A stretch of DNA of 64,000 bases from Candidatus Saccharimonadota bacterium (GCA_017406405.1 JAFQYO010000011.1:35435-99434); one strand, 5' to 3'. Positions 47,850 to 57,410 are shown, counted from the first letter of the stretch. Numbers and translations: made by a program. The notes: generated from the letters alone by a model not told the origin.

Positions 47850-49670
47850 ATGAGCAACAAAATTTTGATTGTCGGAAATGTTTTGAAAGACATCTACCTG
47901 CGGCTTGACGAACGAAAAGAAGAAATTGAACATGACGAAACAAACACAAAATGGCTTAACTGGGGTTTTAACGGAAGCTCCCACGAATTCTTTCGTCGGA
48001 CGAGCGTTTATTCCGGAGCAGTAGTAACCCTCGAGGTGCTCCGAAAGTTCGGAATTGGCGCCGAAATCATCAACGAAGTCGCAAAAGTCGACAAAGGCGG
48101 TGTTGAGCTCGACGAAATAAAAACCGCGAACTACCGCTACATCCTCCAGGCCGAAGACCAAATATCCTACCTCGTGCCGAGTGAAAAAACCCCGACCGAA
48201 TTTCCGCTCGAAACCCTCCCCGCCGAATACAAGTGGATTTTTCTCGACAGGTCGGCCGTCCTGTCTCAAGCCCTGACCGAAAAACTCCTAAAAATCCTCG
48301 ACGCCCGTAAAGACGTCCGCTTCGCCTTCTATGTCCCGAAACGAATCACCAAACCCGCTATTCCGCTCGCCGAACGCGCCGATTTGCTCTTCACTGACGG
48401 AGACATGAAGGGAATCTACCCAAGAGGGAAAGTCTGCTTCATTTCCGAAACCGGCGTCCGAATCGGAAAAAGCGAAGTCGCTTTCTCTGGCTTGAAAAAG
48501 ACCGACCTCCTCACCCACCTCACGACCTACTCGATTATCGCCGCGACTTTGCTCGGCTCGGCTTTAAGAGGGAAGACGATCGGCGATTCGCTCCTCATGG
48601 CAAGGCTCAACATAGAAAACACAAAGCTCGACGAAACCGTCGAATTCGAAAAACTCGAAGAACTCGTCCGAGAAGAAAAAACCCATGGCGTTGACCTCCG
48701 TATGATGGCCGCCCAGATCATGGCTCGAGGAAAGGGAATCTTAGCCGCGGACGAATCCGGCGGCTCGATTCATAAAAAATTCGAAGCCCTTAAAATCCCT
48801 GATGATTTCGCGCACCGTCGCGACTACCGAGAAATGCTCTTAACGACCCCGAACTTAGAAAACTACATAAACGGCGTCATCCTCTTCGACGAAACCGCCC
48901 GCCAAAAAACCTATTTCGGCGAAAACTTCGTGGATTACCTCACCGAAAAGGGAATTATCCCCGGTATAAAAGTCGATCTCGGCTTAAAAACCATCGCCGA
49001 CTCTAAAGAAACCTACACGACCGGGCTCGAAGGTCTCCCCGAGCGCCTCGAAGAATACTACGAAATGGGTCTCAGGTTCGCAAAATGGCGCGCCGCCTTC
49101 GAAATCTCCGAAACCACGCCGACAAAGAACGCAGTCCTAAAAAACGTAGCTATCTTGGCCGACTACGCCCTCCTGTGTCAGCGTGCAAGAATCGTGCCGA
49201 TTGTCGAGCCGGAAGTCGTCTATGATGGCGATTACTCTATCGAGAAATGCGCCGCCGTGACCGGAATCATCCTCCGAGAGCTGTTCGAAGAACTAAAGAA
49301 AAAGGAAGTCCAGCTAAACGCCGTCATCTTAAAAGTAAACATGATACTCTCCGGGAAAAAGTCCGGAGAAACCTCGACTCCTCTCGAAGTCGGCGATTGG
49401 ACATCAAGAGTCCTCCGCAGATTCGTCCCGAAAGAAGTCGCCGGCGTCGTTTTCCTCTCTGGAGGCCAAACCCCGACCCAGGCGACAGAAAACCTCCAGT
49501 CCGTCACAAACCAAGGCCCGTTCCCCTGGCCGGTCTCCTTCTCGTTCGCCCGAGCTCTCCAAGACCCGGCTCTAGAAGCCTGGGCTGGCGACCATGCGAA
49601 CGCCCCGAAGGCCCAAGAAAAATTCCTCGAACGCTTAATCGCGAACGCATCCGCCCTGAAGAAAAACTAA
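47850..49670 (+). CDS. Class I fructose-bisphosphate aldolase with N-terminal degenerate PfkB-like domain
   Basis: GKGILAADES, PGIKVD, FAKWR, VPIVEPE, Schiff-base LKVNM, FLSGGQ, SFSFARALQ; first ~280 aa PfkB-like. Confidence 0.9.
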   Translation: MSNKILIVGNVLKDIYLRLDERKEEIEHDETNTKWLNWGFNGSSHEFFRRTSVYSGAVVTLEVLRKFGIGAEIINEVAKVDKGGVELDEIKTANYRYILQAEDQISYLVPSEKTPTEFPLETLPAEYKWIFLDRSAVLSQALTEKLLKILDARKDVRFAFYVPKRITKPAIPLAERADLLFTDGDMKGIYPRGKVCFISETGVRIGKSEVAFSGLKKTDLLTHLTTYSIIAATLLGSALRGKTIGDSLLMARLNIENTKLDETVEFEKLEELVREEKTHGVDLRMMAAQIMARGKGILAADESGGSIHKKFEALKIPDDFAHRRDYREMLLTTPNLENYINGVILFDETARQKTYFGENFVDYLTEKGIIPGIKVDLGLKTIADSKETYTTGLEGLPERLEEYYEMGLRFAKWRAAFEISETTPTKNAVLKNVAILADYALLCQRARIVPIVEPEVVYDGDYSIEKCAAVTGIILRELFEELKKKEVQLNAVILKVNMILSGKKSGETSTPLEVGDWTSRVLRRFVPKEVAGVVFLSGGQTPTQATENLQSVTNQGPFPWPVSFSFARALQDPALEAWAGDHANAPKAQEKFLERLIANASALKKN

Positions 49671-49722
49671 AAACCGCCCTCGCCCCGCCCGCGATTGCGG
49701 TTTCCTAAACCCCGCCTAAAAA

Positions 49723-49995
49723 CTATCTAACTTCAACACGAACGCGCGGAACAGATTTTCCAGAGAAGTGAGACTTCTTTGTCTTCACAAAGGTAACAAC
49801 CCCGTCTTTCTTTGCGTGAATCGTGAAGTTTCGGCTCATATAAGTTCCTTCGCCCGCAATTTTCGTGCTTCCAGTTTGGCGAACAAGAACTTCACCAGCC
49901 TTTACTTTTTGACCGCCAAAGCGTTTTACGCCAAGGCGTTGTCCAGCGTTGTTATGTACGTTCTTAGCGGTACCACCGGCTTTGACATGTGACAT
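49723..49995 (-). CDS. rpmA: 50S ribosomal protein L27
   Basis: MSHVKAGG...RLGVKRFGGQKVKAGEVLVRQ. Confidence 0.97.
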   Translation of the reverse strand: MSHVKAGGTAKNVHNNAGQRLGVKRFGGQKVKAGEVLVRQTGSTKIAGEGTYMSRNFTIHAKKDGVVTFVKTKKSHFSGKSVPRVRVEVR

Positions 49996-49996
49996 C

Positions 49997-51145
49997 TTAT
50001 TTTTTCCTTAATACTATTATTTCTCTAGCGACAATTTGACCTTCCCTAAAATAGAGCAGGTCTCCCTGGCTAGAGTTTCTAAAACTTACTACATTATACC
50101 CCAACTCGCGGATTTCGTCAACAAGATTTAACCTTGAGTATTCACCATTTTCTCTTAGCCAGGCTGGGACCGCTACCACGACCGGCGCTCCCGAAGAAAT
50201 CTGCCCGCTTAAGTTCTTTAAAAATCCGACCAAAATCGCCCCGCACCTCTGTTTTTCTTCTTTTAACTTTATCTGCACCGGCGGTTTTGACATCGGCTGG
50301 CCGAGAAAAATCTCCGTCGCGACCGCATCTATCTTTCCGTTCCACTTAAAATTCGTTGCGTCTCCCTTCTCGACCGTCGCCTTCTCTATAAGTTCTCCAG
50401 AAACCCCGCGGAACGTCTTTTTCGTCACCTCCGAACCAAACCATTTCAGATTTCTAAGAGAGTATTCCACCATTCTCGGGTTCAAATCTGTCCCGTAGGG
50501 GACAAACCCGTGGAGCAAAGCCTCCTGCAAAACCACTCCTGTCCCACAAAACGGGTCGAGCACTCGCGCATTCTTCTCGAGCGGCCCACAAAGATTTATC
50601 AAAATCTGCGCCAACTTCGGCGGCAACATCCCGACCTTCGCATCTCGCGCTGGCCTCGCTTGGTCGCGTTTCGCATACTCCGTGATATTTTGAACCCCGA
50701 TTAGGCTATAATTCCCAAAATCTGTCAAAACAATTTCGACATGATTTTTCTTTTCTGCAAGTTGATTATGATGCGAAGTCGCAGTTGACAAAATAACTTC
50801 CTTATTTTCTAAAACCCGAACGCTACGTCCGTTCTTCGAGAGAATCCGTTTTAGTTTCATCGCTTCGACTCGGGTTTTTCGGAGATTTGCCCCGCGCTTA
50901 AAATTGCTCACTCCGAGAGTAATTTTTCCTTCCGGCATCTCTGTTAAAAACTCTACGAGCTCGTTAAACCCGCCGGGAATCTCCTCACAAAATTTAAGAA
51001 CCCCGCCAAATCGTTTTATGTCTGGTTTTTCCGTACTTAAAAACGTCGCTAGCCCCGCCTTTTTTCTTTCCACGTCCGAAAACTGAGCCTCAAGCTCAGC
51101 TAAAGAAATCTTCTCAAGTCTCCCTAAAATCGCCAAATACTTCAT
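49997..51145 (-). CDS. TRM11-like SAM-dependent RNA methyltransferase
   Basis: GMLPPKLAQILIN, VLDPFCGTG, GTDLN, GDAT. Confidence 0.85.
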   Translation of the reverse strand: MKYLAILGRLEKISLAELEAQFSDVERKKAGLATFLSTEKPDIKRFGGVLKFCEEIPGGFNELVEFLTEMPEGKITLGVSNFKRGANLRKTRVEAMKLKRILSKNGRSVRVLENKEVILSTATSHHNQLAEKKNHVEIVLTDFGNYSLIGVQNITEYAKRDQARPARDAKVGMLPPKLAQILINLCGPLEKNARVLDPFCGTGVVLQEALLHGFVPYGTDLNPRMVEYSLRNLKWFGSEVTKKTFRGVSGELIEKATVEKGDATNFKWNGKIDAVATEIFLGQPMSKPPVQIKLKEEKQRCGAILVGFLKNLSGQISSGAPVVVAVPAWLRENGEYSRLNLVDEIRELGYNVVSFRNSSQGDLLYFREGQIVAREIIVLRKK

Positions 51146-51149
51146 TACT

Positions 51150-51175
51150 AAATTATAGCATATATGCTATAATTT
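51150..51175. promoter_or_regulatory. Perfect 26-bp palindrome made of two back-to-back extended -10 promoters
   Basis: AAATTATAGCATATATGCTATAATTT; TGCTATAAT-N6-ATG on both strands. Confidence 0.8.
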
Positions 51176-51179
51176 TTCT

Positions 51180-52301
51180 ATGTGTGCAAAGCCGAAAACC
51201 AAACCTTTTAAACTCTCGTTTAAATTCATCCTCTCGGTTCTGACCCTTTTCTTAGTTGTCTTTATCGTCTATCGAAACTGGAACGACATCATCTCCGCTG
51301 TTGACCATATCCGCGAAACAAACATCTTTATCCTTCTCCTGATTATCCCCGAACAACTCATGATGCTTTACTCCGGCGGAAAAATCTTCTTCTCTTATAA
51401 AGAATCCGCCGCCGACGCGAAACTCGCCCAAACCTCCTCTGAGCCCGCCTTAAAATCCCCCTCTTTCTTCAAAATCGTCCGAATCTCCCTAGAAAGCGCC
51501 TTCGCCCGCCAAGCTTACCCTTCGGCTGGCATCTCGAGCGCGACTTTCCTCTCCTGGCGTCTAAAGCCCTATGGTTTCTCCCCCGCCCAGACAAGTTTTC
51601 TTTATCTTCTTCGTTACTTCGCCATCGTCTGCACAAACCAGCTCCAAACTCTCCTCGCCGTCATTCTCCTCGCCTTCACGATCGACTTATCCCCGGCCGG
51701 AAAAACCATCTTGGTCCTAGCGACCTTCATCGCCATCATCACCGGCCTTTTTCTCGGCGCGACTATCGTCCTCATCTCCTCAAAACGTCGCACAGTCTGG
51801 TTCTTAAACAAAGTAACAAAGTTCTTAAATTTCCTCGTCCGCACTTTCACCTTCGGGAAGAAGCGAAAGCTAATCGACTTTAAAAAAGTCGAATCCTTCC
51901 TTACGGAACTCCACGAAACCTATCTTGTCGCCAGGAAAAACCTTAAAATCCTTAAAAAACCTATTCTCTGGGGAATGTTTTATAGCTTTTTCGAAATCGC
52001 GACTTATTGGGTCGTCGCCATTAGTCTCGGTCATCCCGAACTTCTCCCCCAAATCATGATTGGCGAAGCAGTCGGCTCGGTCGCCGGCGCCGTCGTTCCT
52101 TACGGTCTTTATGAACTCGGTATGGCCGGAGCTATGGCGAGCCTCGGCGTTGACCTCGGCCTTTCGAGCGTCATTGTCCTCTTGACTCGTATTCTCGTCC
52201 TCGGAGAAAACCTCATTCCTGGCTACGTCGTCTACCAACACACAATCTTAAAAACCAAAGCCCTCGGGAAGCCCGCCTATGTTCCTCCGGAGGAAACCTA
52301 A
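51180..52301 (+). CDS. UPF0104/lysylphosphatidylglycerol synthase TM (flippase-like) membrane protein
   Basis: Multi-TM; G+ELGM motif (PYGLYELGM). Confidence 0.7.
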   Translation: MCAKPKTKPFKLSFKFILSVLTLFLVVFIVYRNWNDIISAVDHIRETNIFILLLIIPEQLMMLYSGGKIFFSYKESAADAKLAQTSSEPALKSPSFFKIVRISLESAFARQAYPSAGISSATFLSWRLKPYGFSPAQTSFLYLLRYFAIVCTNQLQTLLAVILLAFTIDLSPAGKTILVLATFIAIITGLFLGATIVLISSKRRTVWFLNKVTKFLNFLVRTFTFGKKRKLIDFKKVESFLTELHETYLVARKNLKILKKPILWGMFYSFFEIATYWVVAISLGHPELLPQIMIGEAVGSVAGAVVPYGLYELGMAGAMASLGVDLGLSSVIVLLTRILVLGENLIPGYVVYQHTILKTKALGKPAYVPPEET

Positions 52302-53410
52302 TGGAAGATTCGCTTCCCCTAACTCCTCGTTTCTCTGTCGCAAATTTCCTCGAAGTCTGTAACCAAACTTTCGATTACGCCCTCTCGAACACCGAAGTCG
52401 AGGGCGAAGTTGCAAACTTCAAAGTCTCAAAAGGGAAGTGGGTCTTTTTTGATTTAAAAGACCGCGAGTCCACCCTCCCTTGTTTCATGACAATCTTCCA
52501 GCTCCGCTCGACTGTCCGCGACGGAATGCGTGTTGTTGTTTCCGGGAGTCCTCGTCTCTCGAACTCTGGCCGTTTTTCCTTCTCCGCGACCAACATCCAG
52601 CCTCTCGGAGAAGGGAACATCAAAAAATCCTTCGAACTCCTTAAAGAAAAATTGACAAAAGAAGGCCTTTTTGACCGTTCAAAAAAACGTCCTCTCCCCG
52701 AAAACCTGAAAAAAATCGGTCTAATTTCCTCTGTTACTGCCGCCGGCTATACCGACTTTTTAAAAATCCTCGACGAACGTTGGGGCGGCCTCGACGTTAC
52801 CGTCGCCAACTGCGGTGTCCAAGGCCTCCAAGCCGCCGACGAGATTATTCGCGCCATCGACTTTTTTAACGAACGTGGAGACTGCGACATTATCGTCATC
52901 GTCCGAGGCGGCGGCTCCGCCGATGACCTCGCCGTCTTTAACGACGAACTTTTAACTCGCCGAATCGCCTCCTCTCGTATCCCGATTATGACCGGCATAG
53001 GTCATGAAATCGACACCTCTCTCGCCGACCTCGCCGCTGACCTTCGCGCTTCGACCCCAACAAACGCCGCAGAAATGCTCACAAAAGACAAAAACGCCGA
53101 ACTATGGCGCATCTATGACAATTTCTCCGCCCTCGAAAAATACCTTTTCCAATATCTCGACACTTTAAAAGAAACGAACAAAACCTCAATTTCCTCCATC
53201 TCTCGCGAAATTATCTCAAAAATCGACACCTCTTCCGAACTCATAAAACAAAAACTAAAAGTCCTTGCCTCCCTTAATCCCGAAAAAATCCTTAAACAAG
53301 GTTACTCAATTCTCTCTGGAAAAATTTCCCCCGGAAACGTTATAAAAATCACAACAACAAACCAAATCATAACCGCAGAGGTAAAAAATGTCCAAACCAG
53401 AATCCCCTAA
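52301..53410 (+). CDS. xseA: Exodeoxyribonuclease VII large subunit
   Basis: GEVANF, LFDRSKKRPLP, VRGGGSADDL, TGIGHEID, TPT. Confidence 0.95.
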   Translation: MEDSLPLTPRFSVANFLEVCNQTFDYALSNTEVEGEVANFKVSKGKWVFFDLKDRESTLPCFMTIFQLRSTVRDGMRVVVSGSPRLSNSGRFSFSATNIQPLGEGNIKKSFELLKEKLTKEGLFDRSKKRPLPENLKKIGLISSVTAAGYTDFLKILDERWGGLDVTVANCGVQGLQAADEIIRAIDFFNERGDCDIIVIVRGGGSADDLAVFNDELLTRRIASSRIPIMTGIGHEIDTSLADLAADLRASTPTNAAEMLTKDKNAELWRIYDNFSALEKYLFQYLDTLKETNKTSISSISREIISKIDTSSELIKQKLKVLASLNPEKILKQGYSILSGKISPGNVIKITTTNQIITAEVKNVQTRIP

Positions 53411-53600
53411 CACCCCCTCCATAAACCAAAAACTCGCCGACCTAAACACGAAAATCGAATGGTTTTATTCTGATGATTTTTCCCTTGATTCCGCGAGCAA
53501 AAACTATAAAACCGCCGTTGCCCTCGCGAAAGAAATCGAAAATGACCTCGAAAATTTAAAAAACGATATTAAGATTCTCGGCCACGACTTTACGCGTTAA
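53388..53600 (+). CDS. xseB: Exodeoxyribonuclease VII small subunit
   Basis: 70 aa, overlaps xseA end; L..L...IE...LD.A...Y..A..L pattern. Confidence 0.8.
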   Translation: MSKPESPNTPSINQKLADLNTKIEWFYSDDFSLDSASKNYKTAVALAKEIENDLENLKNDIKILGHDFTR

Positions 53601-53623
53601 AAAGTTTATGCTACTATAAAATC

Positions 53624-54379
53624 ATGAATAACAACTATTCTCCTCAAATGCCCCCCGTGAACCCCGCTCCGGGTTCTGCCCCCACTGGCCCGATTTCTTC
53701 CTCCGCTATCCCTCCGACTCCCGTTGCTCCCGTGAAAGCTCGCTCTGGCGACTCCTCTCTCCTTAAAACCGTCATTATTATCCTCTTGAGTCTTCTCTTG
53801 ATTGGCGCTATTCTCCTCGCGTATTATTTTTACTCCGAATATCGCGCCTTGAGCTCAAAGTTCGACAGTGAAGTCGAAGCCGCCGTCATCGATGCGAACA
53901 AGCTCCTCGAAAACGAACTCCAGGCTAAGTTCGACGAACAAGAAAAGAACCCTTACGACACCTTTACCGGCCCGAGTGACTACGGCTCCCTCAGCTTTAA
54001 ATACCCTAAAACCTGGAGCGTTTACATCGAAAGAGACGCTTCGAACGGCGGCGAATTCCGCGCTTATCTCCACCCTAAAGAAATTTATCCTATCGACGAC
54101 GACCATAAAAACGCCCTCGAAGTCTCCATCGACACCGACACATACGAAAACGCGACTGGGGCCTTCTCTGACCTCGTTAAAGACGGCGACTTAACCACCT
54201 CCGTCATAAAAATCAACGGCGAAGATGCGACCCGCTATGACGGGAAATTCTCCGACGATATCACCGGCTCCCTCGTCATCATCAAAATCCGCGACAAAAT
54301 CGCCATCATCCGCACCGACGCCGAAATCTACCGCGACGATTTCAACAAAATCCTCGAAACCATCACATTTAACCAATAA
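53624..54379 (+). CDS. Pro-rich single-pass membrane protein with coiled coil and PsbP-like external domain
   Basis: Pro-rich N-terminus, TM, coiled coil, GSLSFKYPKTW. Confidence 0.65.
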   Translation: MNNNYSPQMPPVNPAPGSAPTGPISSSAIPPTPVAPVKARSGDSSLLKTVIIILLSLLLIGAILLAYYFYSEYRALSSKFDSEVEAAVIDANKLLENELQAKFDEQEKNPYDTFTGPSDYGSLSFKYPKTWSVYIERDASNGGEFRAYLHPKEIYPIDDDHKNALEVSIDTDTYENATGAFSDLVKDGDLTTSVIKINGEDATRYDGKFSDDITGSLVIIKIRDKIAIIRTDAEIYRDDFNKILETITFNQ

Positions 54380-54390
54380 GGAGAAAAAAC

Positions 54391-55011
54391 ATGGCTCATA
54401 TAAACCGTAAATACATCGACAGCCATTGGCTTATCCCGACCTTAAAAGGTCTCTTCGCCCTCGGCTTCGGCTTTATTTCGCTATTCACAATGAATCGCGA
54501 CTTCGACTACATGGTCACCATTGTCGGAACTTTCTTGTTGACTCTGTCTATCCTCGAGTTCATCAGCGCCCTCTACCTCGCGCAGAAAAAAACCGGCTGG
54601 GCCGTCGCCCTCGCTCTCGCCATCATCGACGCTGTCGTTGCTCTTGCCCTCCTCTTCACCTTAAAACAAAGCGCGACCTGGCATCTCGTCATCATCGCCA
54701 TCTATACCTTCATCCGCGGTTTCTGCGAAATTGTCGCCGGCTTCCGAACCACCATTGACCCGACCGACCGCTTCACCTGGGTTTTCGGCGGCATGTGTGG
54801 CGCCATCATGGGCATCGTCATCCTTAACTCCGGAGAATTCTTCATCCGCTTCTTCGGCGTTTATCTCGTTATTCTCGGGATTTGTAGCCTCTTCTACGGA
54901 ATCCACAACCGAGCCCAAAAAATCGAAGACCGCATCGCTCGCCAAGAAACCGCCCGTCTCTCCGCCTCAAAGCGCAAAAAATCCGCTAAACGTTCTAAAA
55001 AATCCAAATAG
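54391..55011 (+). CDS. DUF308/HdeD-family membrane protein
   Basis: Six TMs in repeated pattern, WLIPTLKG..., FIRGFCEI. Confidence 0.7.
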   Translation: MAHINRKYIDSHWLIPTLKGLFALGFGFISLFTMNRDFDYMVTIVGTFLLTLSILEFISALYLAQKKTGWAVALALAIIDAVVALALLFTLKQSATWHLVIIAIYTFIRGFCEIVAGFRTTIDPTDRFTWVFGGMCGAIMGIVILNSGEFFIRFFGVYLVILGICSLFYGIHNRAQKIEDRIARQETARLSASKRKKSAKRSKKSK

Positions 55012-55027
55012 ATGATATAATCCGACT

Positions 55028-55903
55028 ATGAACTACAAATCTCCTACAAAAGCCATCATAACCGATGCTGGCTTTGCCAGCCGCTTCCTCCCCATCACAA
55101 AAACCATTCCAAAAGCCATGTTGCCTATTGGCAACCGTCCCGTCATGCAACTCGTGATTGAAGAATGTCTCGAAGCCGGCATTAAAGAAATCATCATCGT
55201 CGCGACCCCCGAGGGAAAGCCTCTTTACGAAGATTATTTCACAAACCCCGTCGAAAAGATAAAAACCCAGCTCTACTCCCAGGGGAAACAAGACCGTTTC
55301 GCCTCTGTCGAAAAAGTCCTTTCTCTCCCGAAAGTTATCGTCATCACTCAAGACCCCTCTCTCCCTTACGGGAACGGTTCTCCGGTCGCTTCCGCGAAAG
55401 ACTTTATAAATCCCGACGAAGCTTTCATCGTCGCCTATTCCGACGACGTCGTCTATAAAAAATCCGCTATAAAAGACCTCGTTGAGTCCTTTAAGGCTCA
55501 CCCCGACGCCCGCGCTATCATCGGTTGTCAACTCGTCCCTCATAAAGAAATCGTAAAATACGCTTCTGTCGATTACGACCCGAAGACTGAAGTCCTAAAC
55601 GGCCTTATCGAGAAACCATCTCTCGACGAAGCCACCTCCGACCTCGCCTCCTACGGCCGCTATCTCTTGACCCCTGAAGTTTTCCCCCATCTTATCCCCG
55701 AAAACACCGGAAAAGACGACGAACTCTGGCTCCCCGAGGCCATCGCTCGCTTAATCCCGACGAAAAAAGTCTACGCAAAACCGACCTCCGGCCTCTGGAT
55801 GACGACCGGCGACCCGCGAAACTACGCTTTTGCTCAGCTTAAATACCTTTTGGACAACGAAGATTTCGCCGACGAAATCCGAGAATACATAAAAACAAAT
55901 TAA
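55028..55903 (+). CDS. GalU-family sugar-1-phosphate nucleotidyltransferase
   Basis: AGFASRFLPITKTIPKAMLPI, Q...YGNG, LIEKP, GRYLL, ELWL. Confidence 0.88.
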   Translation: MNYKSPTKAIITDAGFASRFLPITKTIPKAMLPIGNRPVMQLVIEECLEAGIKEIIIVATPEGKPLYEDYFTNPVEKIKTQLYSQGKQDRFASVEKVLSLPKVIVITQDPSLPYGNGSPVASAKDFINPDEAFIVAYSDDVVYKKSAIKDLVESFKAHPDARAIIGCQLVPHKEIVKYASVDYDPKTEVLNGLIEKPSLDEATSDLASYGRYLLTPEVFPHLIPENTGKDDELWLPEAIARLIPTKKVYAKPTSGLWMTTGDPRNYAFAQLKYLLDNEDFADEIREYIKTN

Positions 55904-55913
55904 AGGAGAAAAC

Positions 55914-56222
55914 ATGAACACCGCCGAATGGATTATCGCCTTAATTCTCGCCGTCACTCTCTTCGTCTTTCTAATTATCGGAATCATCCTCTTCATTAAA
56001 CTCATCGACCTCAGTCGCGAAGTTAAAATCGTCGTCAAAACCAGCCAAGACATCGCCGAAAAAACCGAAGACGTCGTCGAGAACGTCCGTGATTTCACCT
56101 CAATCGGCGGAATCGCTAAAGCCATCTCTCATCGTCTTGAACGAAAGGGAATCGAAGTCGAATTCGTCGAAAAACAAAAGCCAAAATCCGCCCCGAAAAA
56201 TGCCAAACCCGAAAAGAAATAA
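55914..56222 (+). CDS. Small single-pass membrane protein with coiled coil
   Basis: N-terminal TM then heptad-like segment; AAGGAG SD. Confidence 0.7.
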   Translation: MNTAEWIIALILAVTLFVFLIIGIILFIKLIDLSREVKIVVKTSQDIAEKTEDVVENVRDFTSIGGIAKAISHRLERKGIEVEFVEKQKPKSAPKNAKPEKK

Positions 56223-56249
56223 CCCCCGCCCTTCGCGAAAAACTCGCCT

Positions 56250-56275
56250 AAAGTCCTTCTTCGGAAGGCTTTTTG
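56250..56275 (+). terminator. Intrinsic terminator with cUUCGg tetraloop
   Basis: AAAGTCCTTC-TTCG-GAAGGCTTTTT. Confidence 0.8.
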
Positions 56276-56370
56276 GCACTATCTGCGGTTTCTTTGCTGG
56301 TCTCTGTACGGCCCCGAGAGATTCAGAATAGTCGTCGAGCCCCACTGCCCTCTGACACCTCACCCCCGTA

Positions 56371-56399
56371 TTGACTTTTTTCTCTGTTTATAGTATAAT
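56371..56399 (+). promoter_or_regulatory. Sigma70 promoter
   Basis: TTGACT-N17-TATAAT. Confidence 0.8.
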
Positions 56400-56475
56400 A
56401 AAGATAGTGACCTTCTCTGGTCGCTTTTTCTGCACCTTAAATCCTAGTTTTCGAGGCAAAGGAGGGAATTCTTAT

Positions 56476-57351
56476 ATGTCTAGAAAGAAAAAACATTTGA
56501 GACTAAGATACTCGGTCTCAAGACGTTATCCATTGTTAAAAATTGTCTCAGTCATAATCTTAACTCTGCTCGCTATCAGTATTATCATGTTTTTCTCGCT
56601 CTCTGTTCATGCGTCGGAATTATCGTCTCCGACCGCCACCCCATCTTCGGTCGAAGCCCCTACTAGCGTTTTCCCCGAAGGCGGAGAACAAAGCGCCCCG
56701 TTTATCTTTGAGCTCCAGTCTCTCTTGAATAACCTCGGTTACACGAACTCCTTATCCGGGACTTTCGACGAAACGACTGCAAAAGCCGTAAAAGCCTTCC
56801 AGTTCGATTATGACCTCGCCGTGGACGGCGTCGTCGGAGAGAAAACCGCCGAAACTCTCGGCCTAAATCTCGCGGCGGGAACGAAATACTTCTATGCTGT
56901 CGATTTTTCGACTATCGCTAGAAATACCGATAAAACCCGCCTGATTTACATCAGTCTAAGGTCAAAAACCTTATCTGTTTTTCTCTATGATGTCGGGCAA
57001 AACGCCTGGGAACTATATGGTTCTTATCCCTGCGCAATCGGCGCGCCAAACTCCCCAACTCCCGTCGGTGTTTTTTATGTCTATTCAAACACCTATGAAT
57101 ATTTCAAACACGGCGAGTATCTCTACTACACCCCTAGTTTCTTCAACGACAACGTCGGAATCCACTCCGTCGCCTTCGACCCCGAAACAGAAACTTGGTT
57201 CACCGAAGTCCTCGGCGAAGCCGTTTCTCTCGGTTGTATCCGTGTCGAATACTCGGTCGCCTCTTGGATTCAAGAAAACTGCCCGCTCGGCACCCCTGTC
57301 ATAGTTGACGACCGAGCCTACGACCCCTTGAACGTACTAGGAACCAGATAA
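56476..57351 (+). CDS. L,D-transpeptidase (YkuD) with peptidoglycan-binding domain
   Basis: Start at MSRKK after GGAGG; TM; LQSLLNNLGY...FDETT..AVKAFQ...VDGVVG..T; GIHS...SLGCIRV. Confidence 0.88.
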   Translation: MSRKKKHLRLRYSVSRRYPLLKIVSVIILTLLAISIIMFFSLSVHASELSSPTATPSSVEAPTSVFPEGGEQSAPFIFELQSLLNNLGYTNSLSGTFDETTAKAVKAFQFDYDLAVDGVVGEKTAETLGLNLAAGTKYFYAVDFSTIARNTDKTRLIYISLRSKTLSVFLYDVGQNAWELYGSYPCAIGAPNSPTPVGVFYVYSNTYEYFKHGEYLYYTPSFFNDNVGIHSVAFDPETETWFTEVLGEAVSLGCIRVEYSVASWIQENCPLGTPVIVDDRAYDPLNVLGTR

Positions 57352-57365
57352 AAAGCACCTTTCCG

Positions 57366-57400
57366 CCCTCTGTCAAACCAGACAGAGGGTTTTCTTTTTT
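57366..57400. terminator. Intrinsic terminator
   Basis: CCCTCTGTC-AAACCA-GACAGAGGG then TTTTCTTTTTT. Confidence 0.85.
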
Positions 57401-57410
57401 CTTGTTTCCT

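Noticed and set aside
36037-49700. REP-like repeat family from the shared AAAACCGCCC at 36039, 47340 and 49670
   Set aside because: Only the short stem arm is shared, and each copy is explained as an ordinary intrinsic terminator
56100-56363. 87-aa minus-strand ORF as a gene remnant
   Set aside because: Overlaps a real + gene and its terminator; no start signals or motif
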